Shown piece by piece: positions 63,554-64,000 of a stretch of DNA of 64,000 nt. Made by a program: the position numbers and the translations under genes. The stretch is from Octopus bimaculoides (Eukaryota). Below the pieces are notes generated by a model. That model made no database searches, was not told the DNA's origin, and was given only the letters and a program-made list of their open reading frames with translations. Within the stretch, counting starts at the first letter, position 1. Each line of letters begins with the position of its first letter. The stretch covers positions 36,818,439 to 36,882,438 of the forward strand of contig NC_068983.1 in assembly GCF_001194135.2 (NCBI RefSeq). The letters are read 5' to 3'.

Positions 63554-63745
63554 TTATTCAATGACTCCGCCTTCATTTTCGACAACTGCTTCAATACAGG
63601 ACCGGAATCGTCGATATGCCTGGACATCACCTGGACAAAGGTGACCTTCAGTGAAGATGTCGATTAGCAACGTTCCAAATACAGTTGTTCATGGGATTTA
63701 AATCTAGCGACTTTGGAAGCCACGAATTTTGGTGAGACAGTCTTT
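63554..63745 (-). pseudogene. Second maT/Tc1-mariner transposase C-terminal relic
   Basis: SWLPKSLDLNPMNNCIW (WPPNSPDLNPLDY-like) and YRRFRSCIEAVVENEGGVIE*; internal deletion. Confidence 0.8.
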
Positions 63746-63752
63746 TGTTGTT

Positions 63753-64000
63753 GGCACTCCGTCGCTTACGACGTCGAGGGTTCCAGTTGATCCGATCAAC
63801 GGAACAGCCTGCTCGTGAAATTAACGTGCAAGTGGCTGAGCACTCCACAGACACGTGTACCTTTAACGTAGTTCTCGGGGATATTCAGCGTGACACAGTG
63901 TGACAAGGCTGATCCATCGAATTACAGGTACAATAGAAACAGGAAGTAAGAGTGAGAGAAAGTTGTGGTGAAAGAGTACAACAGGGTTCGCCACCATCTC
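63753..64000 (-). mobile_element. SINE family C-related copy
   Basis: ggcactccgtcgcttacgacg...gatccgatcaacggaacagcc...gacaaggctg. Confidence 0.8.

Overview
AT-rich, microsatellite-dense eukaryotic genomic DNA with 11 N-gaps. The SINE and MITE repertoire strongly resembles octopus (cephalopod) draft assemblies; this is an inference, no search was run. No long ORF in the track is a credible host gene: nearly all are read-throughs of microsatellites, gaps or SINEs. The window is dominated by three tRNA-headed SINE families (my labels A, B, C), an old diverged dispersed repeat (label E), several MITEs (mariner-, hAT- and piggyBac-type), two maT/DD37D-type transposase relics, RTE-clade LINE fragments and a Helitron-like element. 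The most interesting signal is a minimal type-I hammerhead ribozyme motif of the Penelope/retrozyme kind at 46997-47046 (-), inside a ~420-bp inverted-repeat element, with a second decayed hammerhead at 57.7 kb. Also notable: a nested foldback element with a telomeric G4 core (59.2-59.8 kb), a dimeric SINE inserted as one unit with a 15-bp TSD, a double fold-back junction at 51.5-51.7 kb, and weakly supported chains of small + strand exons. SINE boundaries are approximate (about 20 bp); TSD, TIR, exon and ribozyme coordinates were counted base by base.
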